Origin: a virus
Taxonomy: Duplodnaviria; Caudoviricetes
Reading direction: 5' to 3' (one strand)
Length of the DNA: 54,294 nucleotides
IMG/VR virus record: IMGVR_UViG_3300033153_010346
Location: 1-54,294 of that record
Shown one piece after another: positions 14,500 through 24,897 of this stretch (the stretch's first letter is position 1; each line of letters begins with the position of its first letter). Below the pieces are notes generated by a model. The model did not search any database, was not told the DNA's origin, and saw only the letters and a list, made by a program, of their open reading frames with translations. Position numbers and translations under genes: made by a program.

Positions 14500-14868
14500 T
14501 TATTCCAACATGATATCATCTATGTCATTTTCTTCCTTATCCGGTTCCTCTAATTGTATCTTCCCTAAATCCTCTTTAAACTTAGTTGAATACCTGAGCC
14601 TGGGTATCAACCTATCAGGTTTCCATATTGTCTCACCTTCAGGCATAGAATATGCTCTTCCTTTGTATATTGATAGGAAGAATACTCCGAACCTAACAAC
14701 ATCAACTTGTTTCTGGTGGTAAAGGAAGTCTTTGATAGCCGAAAAGGTTTCCCTAATAAATTCATCAGCCTTTCCTTTTGATACTCCCATTCTGTGGGCA
14801 ACCTCTGTTACAAGTCCATCAAAATGTACCTTATCCCCTACGATGTGTTGTGATTGTTTTCCCTTCAT
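14500..14868 (-). CDS. HU/IHF-family DNA-binding protein
   Basis: LVTEVAHRMGVSK..AD, VVRFGVF, GRAYSMPEGETI. Confidence 0.75.
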   Translation of the reverse strand: MKGKQSQHIVGDKVHFDGLVTEVAHRMGVSKGKADEFIRETFSAIKDFLYHQKQVDVVRFGVFFLSIYKGRAYSMPEGETIWKPDRLIPRLRYSTKFKEDLGKIQLEEPDKEENDIDDIMLE

Positions 14869-14925
14869 AATATTAAAGGGGGCCCCCTTAAACAGGGCCC
14901 CATTCCCATTCTTAAGTGTAATTGG

Positions 14926-15441
14926 TTAGAATGTGAACAAATCTAATCTAGCCCCTACATAATAAAGGTCTTTTTGGCCACCGCTGAGAATAACTACCAT
15001 GTTTTCATTTGAAAGCATGAAGTTCCATAAGCTAATACCAAAAGAAGCCTTAAAACTAGGTAGTGTTGTGTTTCCTTCCACGGAGTTGACTACTTGCCAT
15101 CCACCAATACCAAATTCTGCAAACGCTCGATCAAAAATCCAAGCACCCGTCGAGTCCCCTAATTTACGATGTAGAACACCGTACAAAGTAAGAGCTTGTA
15201 AGTCTTGAATTTCTTCAAACCCACGGTCACTAAATAAGATACCAGGGACAGTCATAAAAATTGACTTGTCATCTTTAGAAGTAACTGTAGGTACATTCAG
15301 CACCATATGGAAAGCCAGCTCAGTAGAGTGGCCTTTTTGCATCAAGACACCGGCACCCAAGCCATAAATTGATTCGGCTTGGGCTGATGTTACGATTAGT
15401 CCTGTCATAACGATAAGAGTTATAAGTAGTTTCTTAAACAT
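14926..15441 (-). CDS. putative small outer-membrane beta-barrel protein
   Basis: signal peptide (AQA/E), amphipathic strands, terminal Phe. Confidence 0.6.
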   Translation of the reverse strand: MFKKLLITLIVMTGLIVTSAQAESIYGLGAGVLMQKGHSTELAFHMVLNVPTVTSKDDKSIFMTVPGILFSDRGFEEIQDLQALTLYGVLHRKLGDSTGAWIFDRAFAEFGIGGWQVVNSVEGNTTLPSFKASFGISLWNFMLSNENMVVILSGGQKDLYYVGARLDLFTF

Positions 15442-15451
15442 ATTGTATTCC

Positions 15452-16183
15452 TCATATTCGGTTCATAATAGCGGCCTGTCTAAATAACGCATCAGGTCGT
15501 TTCCAAATGTCCCCAGGTCGATGGTTGTCTTCTCCCCTATTTCGGAAACGTAGATTCATTTGGCCGTCAAATTGCTTATCAGGAAGATTAACTCCTTTGA
15601 GCTTCTGTCTGAGCTTCTCCCATTCTGGTTTCTTAATATTTGCCCAATTTACGAAGTCATAATTAGTGTATCTTATAAAGTTACGATCCTCCTTTAGCAT
15701 TTTTGGTTCTAGCGGCTTTATACCATGCCCTTGTGGTTGAATATACACTTGTCTGTCACTGTGTCGTTTAAATATGAACGAACTGTGGTGCACTGTACAG
15801 ATTCCTATGCCTCTTCTACCAAACAAGGGTCTTGATCTTTCTATCCGCAATAAGATCGATTCTGTATCATGCCTGTGAGAATCCATCTTGCGAATAAAGC
15901 CTATTGGGTGGTCTGACCAATCCCAAGGATGATATACCACATAACAAATATACCACCAGTATTGATCTTCCATTGCTTTATAGTATAGAGTTGGTTTCTT
16001 AATTTCCTCTATGATATCAAGTAGTTGTTGTCTTTCATCAGTTAGTATTGACTCTCCATTTACAGTCTTAAACATCAAAGGGGTTAAAAAATCACGTATA
16101 TCTTGCCATTCTTGGTATATGATTGGTTTATACGTTTTAGCTAGTGTTAGCGACTCTTCGTTATCTGTAATTACTCTAAGCAT
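15452..16183 (-). CDS. NPP1/Vps62-like domain protein
   Basis: AKTYKPIIYQ, Y.VY...DW, HRHDTE similar to NLP GHRHDWE. Confidence 0.5.
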   Translation of the reverse strand: MLRVITDNEESLTLAKTYKPIIYQEWQDIRDFLTPLMFKTVNGESILTDERQQLLDIIEEIKKPTLYYKAMEDQYWWYICYVVYHPWDWSDHPIGFIRKMDSHRHDTESILLRIERSRPLFGRRGIGICTVHHSSFIFKRHSDRQVYIQPQGHGIKPLEPKMLKEDRNFIRYTNYDFVNWANIKKPEWEKLRQKLKGVNLPDKQFDGQMNLRFRNRGEDNHRPGDIWKRPDALFRQAAIMNRI

Positions 16184-16184
16184 A

Positions 16185-16514
16185 CTATTTCTTTGCTAAT
16201 GGTGCAGTTAGTTTCACCCCAGTACGAAGTCCGGCCCAGCCTAACACCGAGTATAGAGCTTCCGGTGGTAAGTCTGGAAATACTGAATTAACTACAGCAT
16301 AAACAATCGTAGCCCAAAATTCAGATGTTTGGTAACTTGGTTTACCTGTCTTCGGATCTGTTATTCCAAAGAACTTTTGTGTTGATCTCAGGCCCGCCCA
16401 ACCAAGAATAGCCACGAATGACTCCTTTGGGAATTCAGGCCATAAAGAAGCTACAATGGTCGACGCAACCACAAGCCAAAATTCAACTGTCTTGAATCCG
16501 TCTTTTATATTCAT
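16185..16514 (-). CDS. holin-like membrane protein with internal duplication
   Basis: two T.EFW...P.E....LGWAGLR repeats. Confidence 0.55.
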   Translation of the reverse strand: MNIKDGFKTVEFWLVVASTIVASLWPEFPKESFVAILGWAGLRSTQKFFGITDPKTGKPSYQTSEFWATIVYAVVNSVFPDLPPEALYSVLGWAGLRTGVKLTAPLAKK

Positions 16515-17194
16515 TGCGTTTCCTCCTTTAAAATACGTTTATCTATTAGTAAACTTTGTAGTTTTACTATTCCCTCCCTTTTCATCCTATACACCCAACC
16601 TGTATCGGGGCTAAACCCCAATTCTTTTGACAACTCTTTGATAGATTTATTCATCACATAATACCCAAGGATTATGTAGATTCTTGTATCTGGTAATGAT
16701 GCTAAAGAATCGAAGATCTCGTAAGAATCCGAATTGTCAGAAATATCCAGAAGGATGTCTTGGATTACATCATTGGATATATTTAATTGGTCTAGTCTAA
16801 TGGTTGCTTGTTCTCTGTTTAACGAGAGTACTTCATCAATTTCACAACACACAAAATCCAAGGTGATGTCCAAATAATCTGTTTGTCTTAACGCCCGTGC
16901 TTTGGCCTGTTTCTTTAATTGGTCTTTGAAAAATCCTTGTAGTCGAGGATTAAGATAAGTGGTTAGTTTGACTCCCCGTTTGCTATCATACCTATCTACA
17001 GCCTTTATCATTTCAACAACACAATCTTGTTTCATATCGGCCAAGTCGTCTGGTGACAGATACTTGTATAATTGATATTTGTTTACAAAGATGGCGTGTA
17101 CTTTCTCTACTAGTTTGTAACCTTCGAGAATTAGTGTTTTACGCTTAATCTGAGTCTTCGTGGATGCGCGTTTGTGTGGTTCCATTTGAGTCAT
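16511..17194 (-). CDS. RNA polymerase sigma-70 family factor (FliA/SigF-like)
   Basis: DMKQD...MIKAVDRYDSKRGVKLTTY (region 2); SIKELSKELGFS...VYRMKREG (region 4 HTH). Confidence 0.85.
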   Translation of the reverse strand: MTQMEPHKRASTKTQIKRKTLILEGYKLVEKVHAIFVNKYQLYKYLSPDDLADMKQDCVVEMIKAVDRYDSKRGVKLTTYLNPRLQGFFKDQLKKQAKARALRQTDYLDITLDFVCCEIDEVLSLNREQATIRLDQLNISNDVIQDILLDISDNSDSYEIFDSLASLPDTRIYIILGYYVMNKSIKELSKELGFSPDTGWVYRMKREGIVKLQSLLIDKRILKEETQ

Positions 17195-17486
17195 ATACCC
17201 TAATTTCAGATGTTTGGTCCATAAACAAAACCTTATCAGTAGGGGATAAAATGTAATTACACTGATCCAAAAGTATATCTCTTAAAAGTTCATTTCTCTC
17301 ATTTAACGCTTCGGTTAATTCTTTCTTGGCAGTATTTAACATCATAACTGATATTGTGACTTCGGTGCCTAACTGTGCGAGCTGTTTGGCTTCCGGTAAA
17401 GTTTTGTCTAGTTGAAATGCTTTTTTTAGTTTAACGGCCATAATATAGGGCTCCTTTGTCACTCTTATTATCGTCTTTTCCTCCAT
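17145..17486 (-). CDS. hypothetical protein
   Basis: ORF in chain; start uncertain. Confidence 0.55.
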   Translation of the reverse strand: MEEKTIIRVTKEPYIMAVKLKKAFQLDKTLPEAKQLAQLGTEVTISVMMLNTAKKELTEALNERNELLRDILLDQCNYILSPTDKVLFMDQTSEIRVYDSNGTTQTRIHEDSD

Positions 17487-17492
17487 ATTTTG
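17468..17492 (-). promoter_or_regulatory. putative promoter class B upstream of sigma gene
   Basis: CAAAAT-N13-CGATAA on minus strand. Confidence 0.5.
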
Positions 17493-17494
17493 GT

Positions 17495-18013
17495 CTATGG
17501 ATCTCTAGGAATTGGAATAAATTTTGCATCTCTTTTGCCCAGTTCATGTGCTACTCCTTGAGAAATAGCCTCATAGCAACGATCACAGAACTTTCCACCA
17601 AAATCAGGTGTTAGACCCCTGGTGAGTCCACAACTGTCACATTCTGTGTTATATTTCAAAAACCGCTCTGCATCGCTGTAACCATACAGAATAGGAATTT
17701 GATGTTCAAAGGCATAGTCGTGTTCTATTTTGGCCCCTTGTGAATTTTTCCAGTTGGGTATCATAAAGAGAGCATCTACATAATTGATCATCTCCAACTC
17801 ACCCTCTAAGATATCTTCAAAAGTTACTGCAATACGTTTATCGGACTCAAATTTGGATGAATTGCTGTGTGGGCAAATTACAGCAAATCCCATATTCCAG
17901 AGGTTGATTGCATGTGATCTGGCTAGTTCAATGTTTTCATCTCTAGTCTCTAGTTCAGTATGTCCATTTGCATATTTACCGGAGACATATATAACATGCT
18001 TATTTCTTTTCAT
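17495..18013 (-). CDS. DUF4406/DUF1937-like (nucleoside deoxyribosyltransferase fold) protein
   Basis: IYVSGKY, ICPH, DALFMIPNWKNSQGAKIE. Confidence 0.7.
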   Translation of the reverse strand: MKRNKHVIYVSGKYANGHTELETRDENIELARSHAINLWNMGFAVICPHSNSSKFESDKRIAVTFEDILEGELEMINYVDALFMIPNWKNSQGAKIEHDYAFEHQIPILYGYSDAERFLKYNTECDSCGLTRGLTPDFGGKFCDRCYEAISQGVAHELGKRDAKFIPIPRDP

Positions 18014-19891
18014 CTATACAGCCTTTGCAAAACTATTTTTTACAACCAGATCGACAGGTAAGGCGACACCTTCAATTGTGGTTTCCATGCAGTTAAGGAT
18101 AATTTCACTGGCTTCGTCTGGTTGTGAGGTTTCAACTATTACTGAATCATGCGTGGTGCTCAACAGAGAAGCATCCAAGCCCTTCTCGGCAAATTGGTTG
18201 GTCATATCAACCATTGCTAATTTTAATAGGTCAGCCGACGTTCCTTGTATTATATGGTTAATTAGTTCTCTAATAGCCGCGTAGTAACGGAATTTTGCTT
18301 GCATACTTGGGAATACCCCAAAAGGTAAGTAGCGTTTGCGGCCGTAGAATGTCTCTGTAAAACCATATTCTTTAATCTGTTTCTCTACTCTGTTCTTCCA
18401 TTTTTTAATTCCTGGATACGTTTGAAAGAATAAAGTCAAATACTTCTTAGCTTCTTCTTTGGTACAATTCAGGGTCTTAGAAATGCTCCATTCGGTAGCA
18501 CCATACAAAATGGAAAAATTGATTGTTTTCCCAATATACCTCTCTTGACTAGAAACGTTGGTCTTCTTGAAGATACTTTGTGCTGTTAGTGTGTGTAAAT
18601 CAGCGTTTAATGGATCATCCTTAAACGCTTTTAACATTTTAGCTTCTTGTGAGTCTATAGTAACAATCCTAAGCTCCATGCCTTTCCAATCAGCCTCAAT
18701 AAATTTCTTACCTCTTCTGGCTATGAACCCTCGACGTACGCTTATAACCTCGTTGTCCCGTGTTATGTTTTGTATATTTGGAGATGACGACATTCTTCCA
18801 CTATTTTTGATTTGATCAAACACTGTATGCAAAATGTATTCGACCTCACCGTTTGTAAAATTCTGGTGACACACTGCTGGGTATTTGTCGATGTAGGTAG
18901 TTAGGGCTTTGTTTATACCCCTGAAAAACAGTATGTGTTTTACAAACTTGTATAGAGAGTCAGTTTTCTTGTAACATCGACCAATGTTATGTAATGCTTC
19001 AACATCTGTCACTACACTTTGAGTTTTAGGGCTTAGTTGTAGTTGTGTATTAGGGTAAATTTTTTTGAGGTGATTCCCTACCTGTAATGGTGATCCAATA
19101 CTAATCTTGTACTTGTCCTCATAGGCCTTCTTAATTTTATCACGACACTTTTCAAGAGGAACCCGTATGTTCTTGTAATATTGTTGATCAATGCGGACAC
19201 CCATCATTTCCATGTGGGCCAAGATTGGTATTAAGGGTGCTTCTGCTTCATAATACAGTTTTTTATACTGTTTATCAATCTTGGGTTTCAATTCCTCATA
19301 TAAGTAATAAGTGAAGATAGTGTCATTAGTTGCATAGATACAAAAATCTATAGGGTCAACTTCAGCTGCATTTCCTCCTGATGCTTCTGTGAAAGTTTGA
19401 ACAATTTTATGGGGTATCTCAATGTAATGACCAATAATGGCTTTAAGTCCTGACCTGCGCTTGGCATCCCCATTCAGAAGTCTTACAGCCGTCATAGTAC
19501 ACCAAAATTGAGGGTAAAGTTGAATACCCGATTTCCATAAGACCTTGTAATCAAACTTCATGTTGTGACCTAACCACAGCCCACCAGAGGACATGATTGG
19601 GTTGAATTCTTTTACGAATTCTTTAAGGTCAGGTTGGTTTTCTCGTAGTTCTCCATCAACAGTGTGATTGAACGGTATATAGTACCCTTCCTCTGTATTA
19701 ACACAAAAACTTAATCCGAGTAACCAGCCATGATATATATCTAAGCCAGACGAGGGGAGTGCGCCTGTAGTTTCAACGTCAACTGCAATTGGTACGTTGT
19801 TTTTAATTGCAGTCTGCAGTACTTGTTTTAGTTCATCTAATTGGTCTCTCGTTGTGACTAAATTGTACTTTGGTTCTTTCCAAATTTCCAT
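18014..19891 (-). CDS. polA: DNA polymerase family A with 3'-5' exonuclease
   Basis: DVETTG, HNMKFD; motif A DWKGMELR, B KTINFSILYG, C THDS. Confidence 0.95.
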   Translation of the reverse strand: MEIWKEPKYNLVTTRDQLDELKQVLQTAIKNNVPIAVDVETTGALPSSGLDIYHGWLLGLSFCVNTEEGYYIPFNHTVDGELRENQPDLKEFVKEFNPIMSSGGLWLGHNMKFDYKVLWKSGIQLYPQFWCTMTAVRLLNGDAKRRSGLKAIIGHYIEIPHKIVQTFTEASGGNAAEVDPIDFCIYATNDTIFTYYLYEELKPKIDKQYKKLYYEAEAPLIPILAHMEMMGVRIDQQYYKNIRVPLEKCRDKIKKAYEDKYKISIGSPLQVGNHLKKIYPNTQLQLSPKTQSVVTDVEALHNIGRCYKKTDSLYKFVKHILFFRGINKALTTYIDKYPAVCHQNFTNGEVEYILHTVFDQIKNSGRMSSSPNIQNITRDNEVISVRRGFIARRGKKFIEADWKGMELRIVTIDSQEAKMLKAFKDDPLNADLHTLTAQSIFKKTNVSSQERYIGKTINFSILYGATEWSISKTLNCTKEEAKKYLTLFFQTYPGIKKWKNRVEKQIKEYGFTETFYGRKRYLPFGVFPSMQAKFRYYAAIRELINHIIQGTSADLLKLAMVDMTNQFAEKGLDASLLSTTHDSVIVETSQPDEASEIILNCMETTIEGVALPVDLVVKNSFAKAV

Positions 19892-19908
19892 GATACCCTT
19901 TTAATAAC

Positions 19909-19942
19909 TTGCCCCAAGCCCTTTGAACTGAGTTTGGGGCAA
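19909..19942 (-). terminator. hairpin after ssb
   Basis: TTGCCCCAAGC / GTTTGGGGCAA inverted repeat. Confidence 0.5.
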
Positions 19943-19948
19943 TTTGTT

Positions 19949-20359
19949 TTAGAACGGCAAATCTTCATCTGAAGTGGTTGCAGCAACTTCTGGTGTTGCT
20001 TCAGTAGAGACATCAACAGTGTTGGTTGGGGCTGAAACCTCTTGTTGTTTGCGGGCAGGTTTTTGAACTAGCTGTACTTTGCTGGCTACGATTTGAGTTC
20101 TTCGTTTGCCTTCATACTCACTTGAGTCAAGTTTTCCCATGATCAAAACGCCATCGCCTTTGCTGATGTCCTGTTTTGTGATTTTGTCACGAACAGGGCC
20201 GAATGCTACAACATCAACCCAAGTGGTTTTGTCTGTCCATTCTGTTTGATCCTTTGCTTTGTACGATTCGTTTATGGCAATTGCCATATACGTATGCCTA
20301 TCACCGACTTGTAATGTGCCGATATTTCCCATGAATCGTACTTCGTTAAATCTTTCCAT
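19949..20359 (-). CDS. ssb: single-stranded DNA-binding protein
   Basis: OB-fold pattern and acidic DEDLPF tail. Confidence 0.92.
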   Translation of the reverse strand: MERFNEVRFMGNIGTLQVGDRHTYMAIAINESYKAKDQTEWTDKTTWVDVVAFGPVRDKITKQDISKGDGVLIMGKLDSSEYEGKRRTQIVASKVQLVQKPARKQQEVSAPTNTVDVSTEATPEVAATTSDEDLPF

Positions 20360-20408
20360 TAAGGAATCCTCACTAAATTAAAGGTTAAAAACAACGAATG
20401 GATACCCG

Positions 20409-20738
20409 TTAAGGCTTAGGGGACAAGGGGCTGTCAATATTGATATAATCCTCGTCTCCAGGAACCTCACCAAAAGGAATACCACCGTCAAGCGATTGTT
20501 TACCTGTTTTTGCCCATTTATGCTTTTCCATCATTTGGGGCATTTCTAATGTTTTTGAGCTCTTGGTACCACAACAAGGAGAAGAAGTAGTTCGCCTGTC
20601 TTTGGGTCCGAATTGCTCAAATTCTTTTTTGCATTTTGGACATTTGAACGAACTTGATTTCCACTGGATTTCCGGTGGTCCACTTGTTTGTTCCCATTGC
20701 TTAGTTTTTACATTCCAAGAATACTTTCTATTTGCCAT
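20409..20738 (-). CDS. FmdB-like Zn-ribbon protein
   Basis: FKCPKCKKEFE...PCCG. Confidence 0.55.
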   Translation of the reverse strand: MANRKYSWNVKTKQWEQTSGPPEIQWKSSSFKCPKCKKEFEQFGPKDRRTTSSPCCGTKSSKTLEMPQMMEKHKWAKTGKQSLDGGIPFGEVPGDEDYINIDSPLSPKP

Positions 20739-20741
20739 ATA

Positions 20742-20768
20742 TATAACACACTATTTCGATTTTTGTTC
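20742..20768 (-). promoter_or_regulatory. putative promoter class A upstream of Zn-ribbon/ssb/polA
   Basis: GAAC-N16-TGTTATA occupying the intergenic gap. Confidence 0.65.
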
Positions 20769-20774
20769 CGATTT

Positions 20775-21623
20775 TTATAGATTTTCTTCCCATGTCCTGT
20801 ATCGTTTGTATCTGTCATAAGGGTCTATATCCATATAATTGGCTAACTGTCCTATCATCTCATCATACCCTGGTACAGCGGCTGATAAAACAGAGTTACT
20901 GGTTAAGCTTCTATCGTTGACTGGTTTTTCTGCACGAGCTATAGGAATGTCCATGTTGAAATGTTTTTGGAGTAAGAGCAGAAGGTGATATTTGCTGATA
21001 GGCGAGGAGTTTGTAACTTGGTGCAAGCCTGTCAAGTTTTTGTCTATAGCTAAGTCTATGACTCTGGCTAACTCAAAGGTTGTTATTCCACCCCACATTG
21101 ATTGCGCCCAACCTGTGATAGTTTCTTCTTGTCTTAAAACCCAATCAAATAAGCCAATCCCTTCTTTTAGTTCTGGTCCAATGATTGAAGTACGAATTGT
21201 CAGGTCTTTCTTGTTATCTAGTTCTCCTAGCGATTTGGATTGTCCGTATGCGTCTCGTGGGTCCTTAGAAGCTGATTCATCGTAGGGCCCGTTCAACCCT
21301 GAGAAAACACAATCTGTACTTAACTGAATCACCTTGATTGGAAACTCTGAAAGATAATGAGGGAGTAATGCATTAAGATAGATAGTTTCAGACTGATGTT
21401 TAGGGTTGTTGGCTTTTTGGTTTAGGATACCAACGCAATTGATAATAACATCGGGTAATACAGTCTTGTAAATTGAGTCAAATACATCCAACCGATCAGT
21501 ATTGAAATCATATTGGTCCCTTGTCATCCCTATTAGTTCATATTTACCCGTAGGCATTAGATAGTCATGTATCATATGCCCAGCCATACCATTTGCTCCC
21601 AATAACAAAATCCTTACCGCCAT
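20775..21623 (-). CDS. RmlD-like NDP-4-keto-6-deoxysugar reductase
   Basis: GANGMAG, STDCVFSG, YGQSK. Confidence 0.88.
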   Translation of the reverse strand: MAVRILLLGANGMAGHMIHDYLMPTGKYELIGMTRDQYDFNTDRLDVFDSIYKTVLPDVIINCVGILNQKANNPKHQSETIYLNALLPHYLSEFPIKVIQLSTDCVFSGLNGPYDESASKDPRDAYGQSKSLGELDNKKDLTIRTSIIGPELKEGIGLFDWVLRQEETITGWAQSMWGGITTFELARVIDLAIDKNLTGLHQVTNSSPISKYHLLLLLQKHFNMDIPIARAEKPVNDRSLTSNSVLSAAVPGYDEMIGQLANYMDIDPYDRYKRYRTWEENL

Positions 21624-22036
21624 TTAATGCTCCAGTCATAAAGATTTGCATCAAAACGTATATCGTCATCAATACTTTCATGCATAGGACTGTTAGAAAA
21701 TACCATTATTGTGGAATCTGGTTTTAACGATTGCCAGCCGTGTGCCATTGCGGGGGGAACAACGATGCTGTTATTTGAGCTATCAGACAAATACCACACT
21801 TTAAAATCAAACAACGAACCCTTTTCAGCATTCATCATTGCTGTCACTAGTTTAATGGCTCCATGGATACATGTTATCGCTTTATATTCTTTTTGGTGTC
21901 CATGAAAAGCCCTAACCATCCCAGTCTCAAAATTTTTACAAACGTAAACACGAGCGGGATCAAACTGACCTACTGGTACATTGATAAATGACCCACGATC
22001 ATCAAACGCAGTAAAATTAGTCCATTCTACAACCAT
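21614..22036 (-). CDS. RmlC/WxcM-like cupin sugar epimerase
   Basis: DDRG, RAFHGH, VPPAMAHG. Confidence 0.82.
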   Translation of the reverse strand: MVVEWTNFTAFDDRGSFINVPVGQFDPARVYVCKNFETGMVRAFHGHQKEYKAITCIHGAIKLVTAMMNAEKGSLFDFKVWYLSDSSNNSIVVPPAMAHGWQSLKPDSTIMVFSNSPMHESIDDDIRFDANLYDWSIKWR

Positions 22037-22968
22037 TATATCTTAAACTCCACTCTCCCTACGTTTGAGTATTTGATATCCGACAAATTCTTTACACGAC
22101 CATTCTGGTAGAGGCAGATTATGTCATGTATGGTGCTTTGTAAGTCTAATTTGTCAAAATGGTTTAGGGTTGCTTTGATCTTACTATTGTCAGCTTTGTA
22201 GTTACGCTGGTCCTCAAACAGCATTTCGGTTACATTCAACTTAACATGGGGTAGGCGATCCACAATAGTTCTAGCTATATCTACAATCTTAGAATTTGTA
22301 CTCATGAGGTTATAAGTACCAAATTTGGTTGTTCTCATGTTAGCACACATGGTATTTGCAACATCTTGTACATGAACTAATGGTCGCCATTGATTTCCAC
22401 CAAAGACTGATATTTCCCCACGAACCAAGGCTCGAAGAGTTAATGTGTTGACAACCAAATCATTTCTGAATCTACCAGAGATACCATGAAGAGTACCTAA
22501 GCGGTATATGAGTGTATTTGGGCGATCCGCGAGTATCTCTTCTGCCTCAATTTTGTTTTGGGCATAAAATGACAATGGGTCTAAAGTACTCTCCTCAGTC
22601 GACAGTTTTTTACCAGAGCCATAGACTGAACAAGAACTAGGGAAAACAAGTATACCATCAAACATTTCCATTAACATCCTAACAGATTCTACATTTACTG
22701 CATACGCTGTTTGATGGTGAATTCGACATGCTTCATCTCCAACAATTCCAGCCATGTGGAAGACTACATCAAATTTGTGTTGATTGAAAAAGTTTTTCAT
22801 CTCTTGTGTATCTGTAACATCTAGGTTTTGGAACTTGATGTTTTTAAGATACTCTTTTTCATACAACAAGTTATCAATCACATAGACAGTGTGGTGGTTG
22901 TACCTGTGTAAAGTATCCACAATTGCGCTACCTATGTACCCTGCTCCCCCTGTAACTAGTATATTCAT
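22036..22968 (-). CDS. NAD-dependent sugar epimerase/dehydratase
   Basis: ATGA-coupled start MNILVTGGAGYIG; SSCSVYG, YAQNK. Confidence 0.9.
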   Translation of the reverse strand: MNILVTGGAGYIGSAIVDTLHRYNHHTVYVIDNLLYEKEYLKNIKFQNLDVTDTQEMKNFFNQHKFDVVFHMAGIVGDEACRIHHQTAYAVNVESVRMLMEMFDGILVFPSSCSVYGSGKKLSTEESTLDPLSFYAQNKIEAEEILADRPNTLIYRLGTLHGISGRFRNDLVVNTLTLRALVRGEISVFGGNQWRPLVHVQDVANTMCANMRTTKFGTYNLMSTNSKIVDIARTIVDRLPHVKLNVTEMLFEDQRNYKADNSKIKATLNHFDKLDLQSTIHDIICLYQNGRVKNLSDIKYSNVGRVEFKI

Positions 22969-24086
22969 AATTGATTTCCTATTAAGAATTGAACTACTTT
23001 GTCTGACACTAATAAATCTCCATATCCCGTAGGAAGTTCCCAACTTGAGTTGGCCATAATATGAAGTGTGTGGTGAAAGTTTAGTACGAGTTTAGAACAA
23101 TGAAGAATATTTACAGCATTAACCCCAGCTACTATCGAACCCCCAGTTTCAATTACTTCTTGTCTTTCCATACTGTCTCGGAGTATAACAGAAGGGATAT
23201 TGAAGATGCATGCTTCCTCTTGAACTGTTCCGCTGTCAGTTAAAATCACTCTGGCAAACATCTCTAAAGAACCAAAGTCTATAAATCCTAGTGGTTCTGT
23301 GACAATAACTGTCTCTTGGAGTTCTTTGTACAGGTCTGGATGATGTTCTTTTGCTTTTTGTTTGGCTCTAGGGTGCATGGGGTATACAATAGGGAGTTTT
23401 GTTTCCTCTGTAAAATCAATTAATGCCATTAAGATATGTTCAAATCTTTCAGGTTTATCAACTGTTTCAGCTCTATGGCAAGTTACTAATGCATAGTTAT
23501 TCCAAGTAATACCAAGCTGCTTAAAGATAGTTGACTCCGCCATTTTACTATCATGTAATTGCAATACCTCAAAAATAGGATTACCTGTGACAAAGATTTT
23601 TTCCTTAGGAATGCCGGCCGCCAACAGATTTTGTTTACTCATTTCGGTGTATGGTAGATTGTAACTAGACACGGCATCAATTGCCCTTCTGTTTATCTCT
23701 TCTGGGACTCGTTTATCATAACATCGATTCCCTGCTTCCATGTGGTATACGGGATATCCCATTCGTTCAACTAACAAGGCACAGAGGCTGGTATTTGTGT
23801 CGCCTAGGATTAAAACTTTGTCAGGGTTCTCAATTTTAAGTATCTCCTCAATATCAATAAATGTATTCCCTATTTGGTGACCTAATTTTTTGGTTGGTGG
23901 TTTACTAACTCTGTAGTTCGGTTCTCTTATTCCTAACTCTTGATAGAACACATCGGACATCATATGTTGATCGTTTTGTTGGGTGTCTACTAAAATATGG
24001 TCACAGTGTGTATCCAATTTCCTTATAATCTCAGACAACCGAATTAGCTCTGGTCTTGTACCAACAATTGTAAGTATCTTAGTCAA
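22965..24086 (-). CDS. UDP-N-acetylhexosamine 2-epimerase (WecB/FnlC-type)
   Basis: GTRPELIRL, GDTN, HMEAGNR, PEEINRR, TDSGTVQEEA. Confidence 0.92.
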   Translation of the reverse strand: MTKILTIVGTRPELIRLSEIIRKLDTHCDHILVDTQQNDQHMMSDVFYQELGIREPNYRVSKPPTKKLGHQIGNTFIDIEEILKIENPDKVLILGDTNTSLCALLVERMGYPVYHMEAGNRCYDKRVPEEINRRAIDAVSSYNLPYTEMSKQNLLAAGIPKEKIFVTGNPIFEVLQLHDSKMAESTIFKQLGITWNNYALVTCHRAETVDKPERFEHILMALIDFTEETKLPIVYPMHPRAKQKAKEHHPDLYKELQETVIVTEPLGFIDFGSLEMFARVILTDSGTVQEEACIFNIPSVILRDSMERQEVIETGGSIVAGVNAVNILHCSKLVLNFHHTLHIMANSSWELPTGYGDLLVSDKVVQFLIGNQL

Positions 24087-24897
24087 TGTACCCTTCTTCC
24101 CTTAAAACTTTCTTGTCTACAGCTGGGTGTAAAATTGGTTGTAATTCATCCATCCATTTCAGTTTAATAATTGCATATTCTATTGACCGTCGATATCTCT
24201 CATTGAGCACTTTGTCATTTGCAAAGAATTTCTTAGCTTGGTTGCTATGAATACGTCTGCTCATAAGAGGTAGAGGAACGCCCAAAACTTTGTGTTTGTC
24301 GGCTATCTGTAGCCAAAGATCATAATCTTGTTTGTACCGTAATCGTTTGTCGTAACCCGCAACTGAATTATACACTTCTTTGGACATGATAACTGCGGCT
24401 CCGTTTATGAAATTATTACCAAAGTCTTGTTCCACTAACTTCTTCCAAATTTCTTTGCCATCGTTATCTGGTACGTTCGCAACATCGTGCATTTTAACAC
24501 CTTGGAGAACATAGCTGGGGTCAAAAAACAACTCGCGATAGCCTGAATATGAGAATTGGGCTTTAGTATGTTTCATATAGGTGAGTTGTACTTCGGTTTT
24601 GTCAGGGTGAAAAAAATCATCACAGGCCATAGGACAAATCCAATCACCAGTAGCTTGTTGTATTCCGAAGTCCCAAGCTACGGCTACTCCTTGGTTGGTC
24701 CCCAATTGGAAGAATTTGATGCGTTCGTCAGACCTGTCCACCTCATTGTACCATTTAATAGGAAGATCTGTGCCGTCGTCAACCAAAATAATTTCCATTT
24801 CTACTGGCCCTGTTTGGAATAGGCAAGAGTCAATGGCATCTTGTACCAGCTTGGATTGTGGATTGTACACTGGGATTATTACGCTAACTTTATTCAT
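24079..24897 (-). CDS. glycosyltransferase family 2
   Basis: VSVIIPVYN, VDDG, CDD, QDYDLW. Confidence 0.92.
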   Translation of the reverse strand: MNKVSVIIPVYNPQSKLVQDAIDSCLFQTGPVEMEIILVDDGTDLPIKWYNEVDRSDERIKFFQLGTNQGVAVAWDFGIQQATGDWICPMACDDFFHPDKTEVQLTYMKHTKAQFSYSGYRELFFDPSYVLQGVKMHDVANVPDNDGKEIWKKLVEQDFGNNFINGAAVIMSKEVYNSVAGYDKRLRYKQDYDLWLQIADKHKVLGVPLPLMSRRIHSNQAKKFFANDKVLNERYRRSIEYAIIKLKWMDELQPILHPAVDKKVLREEGYID

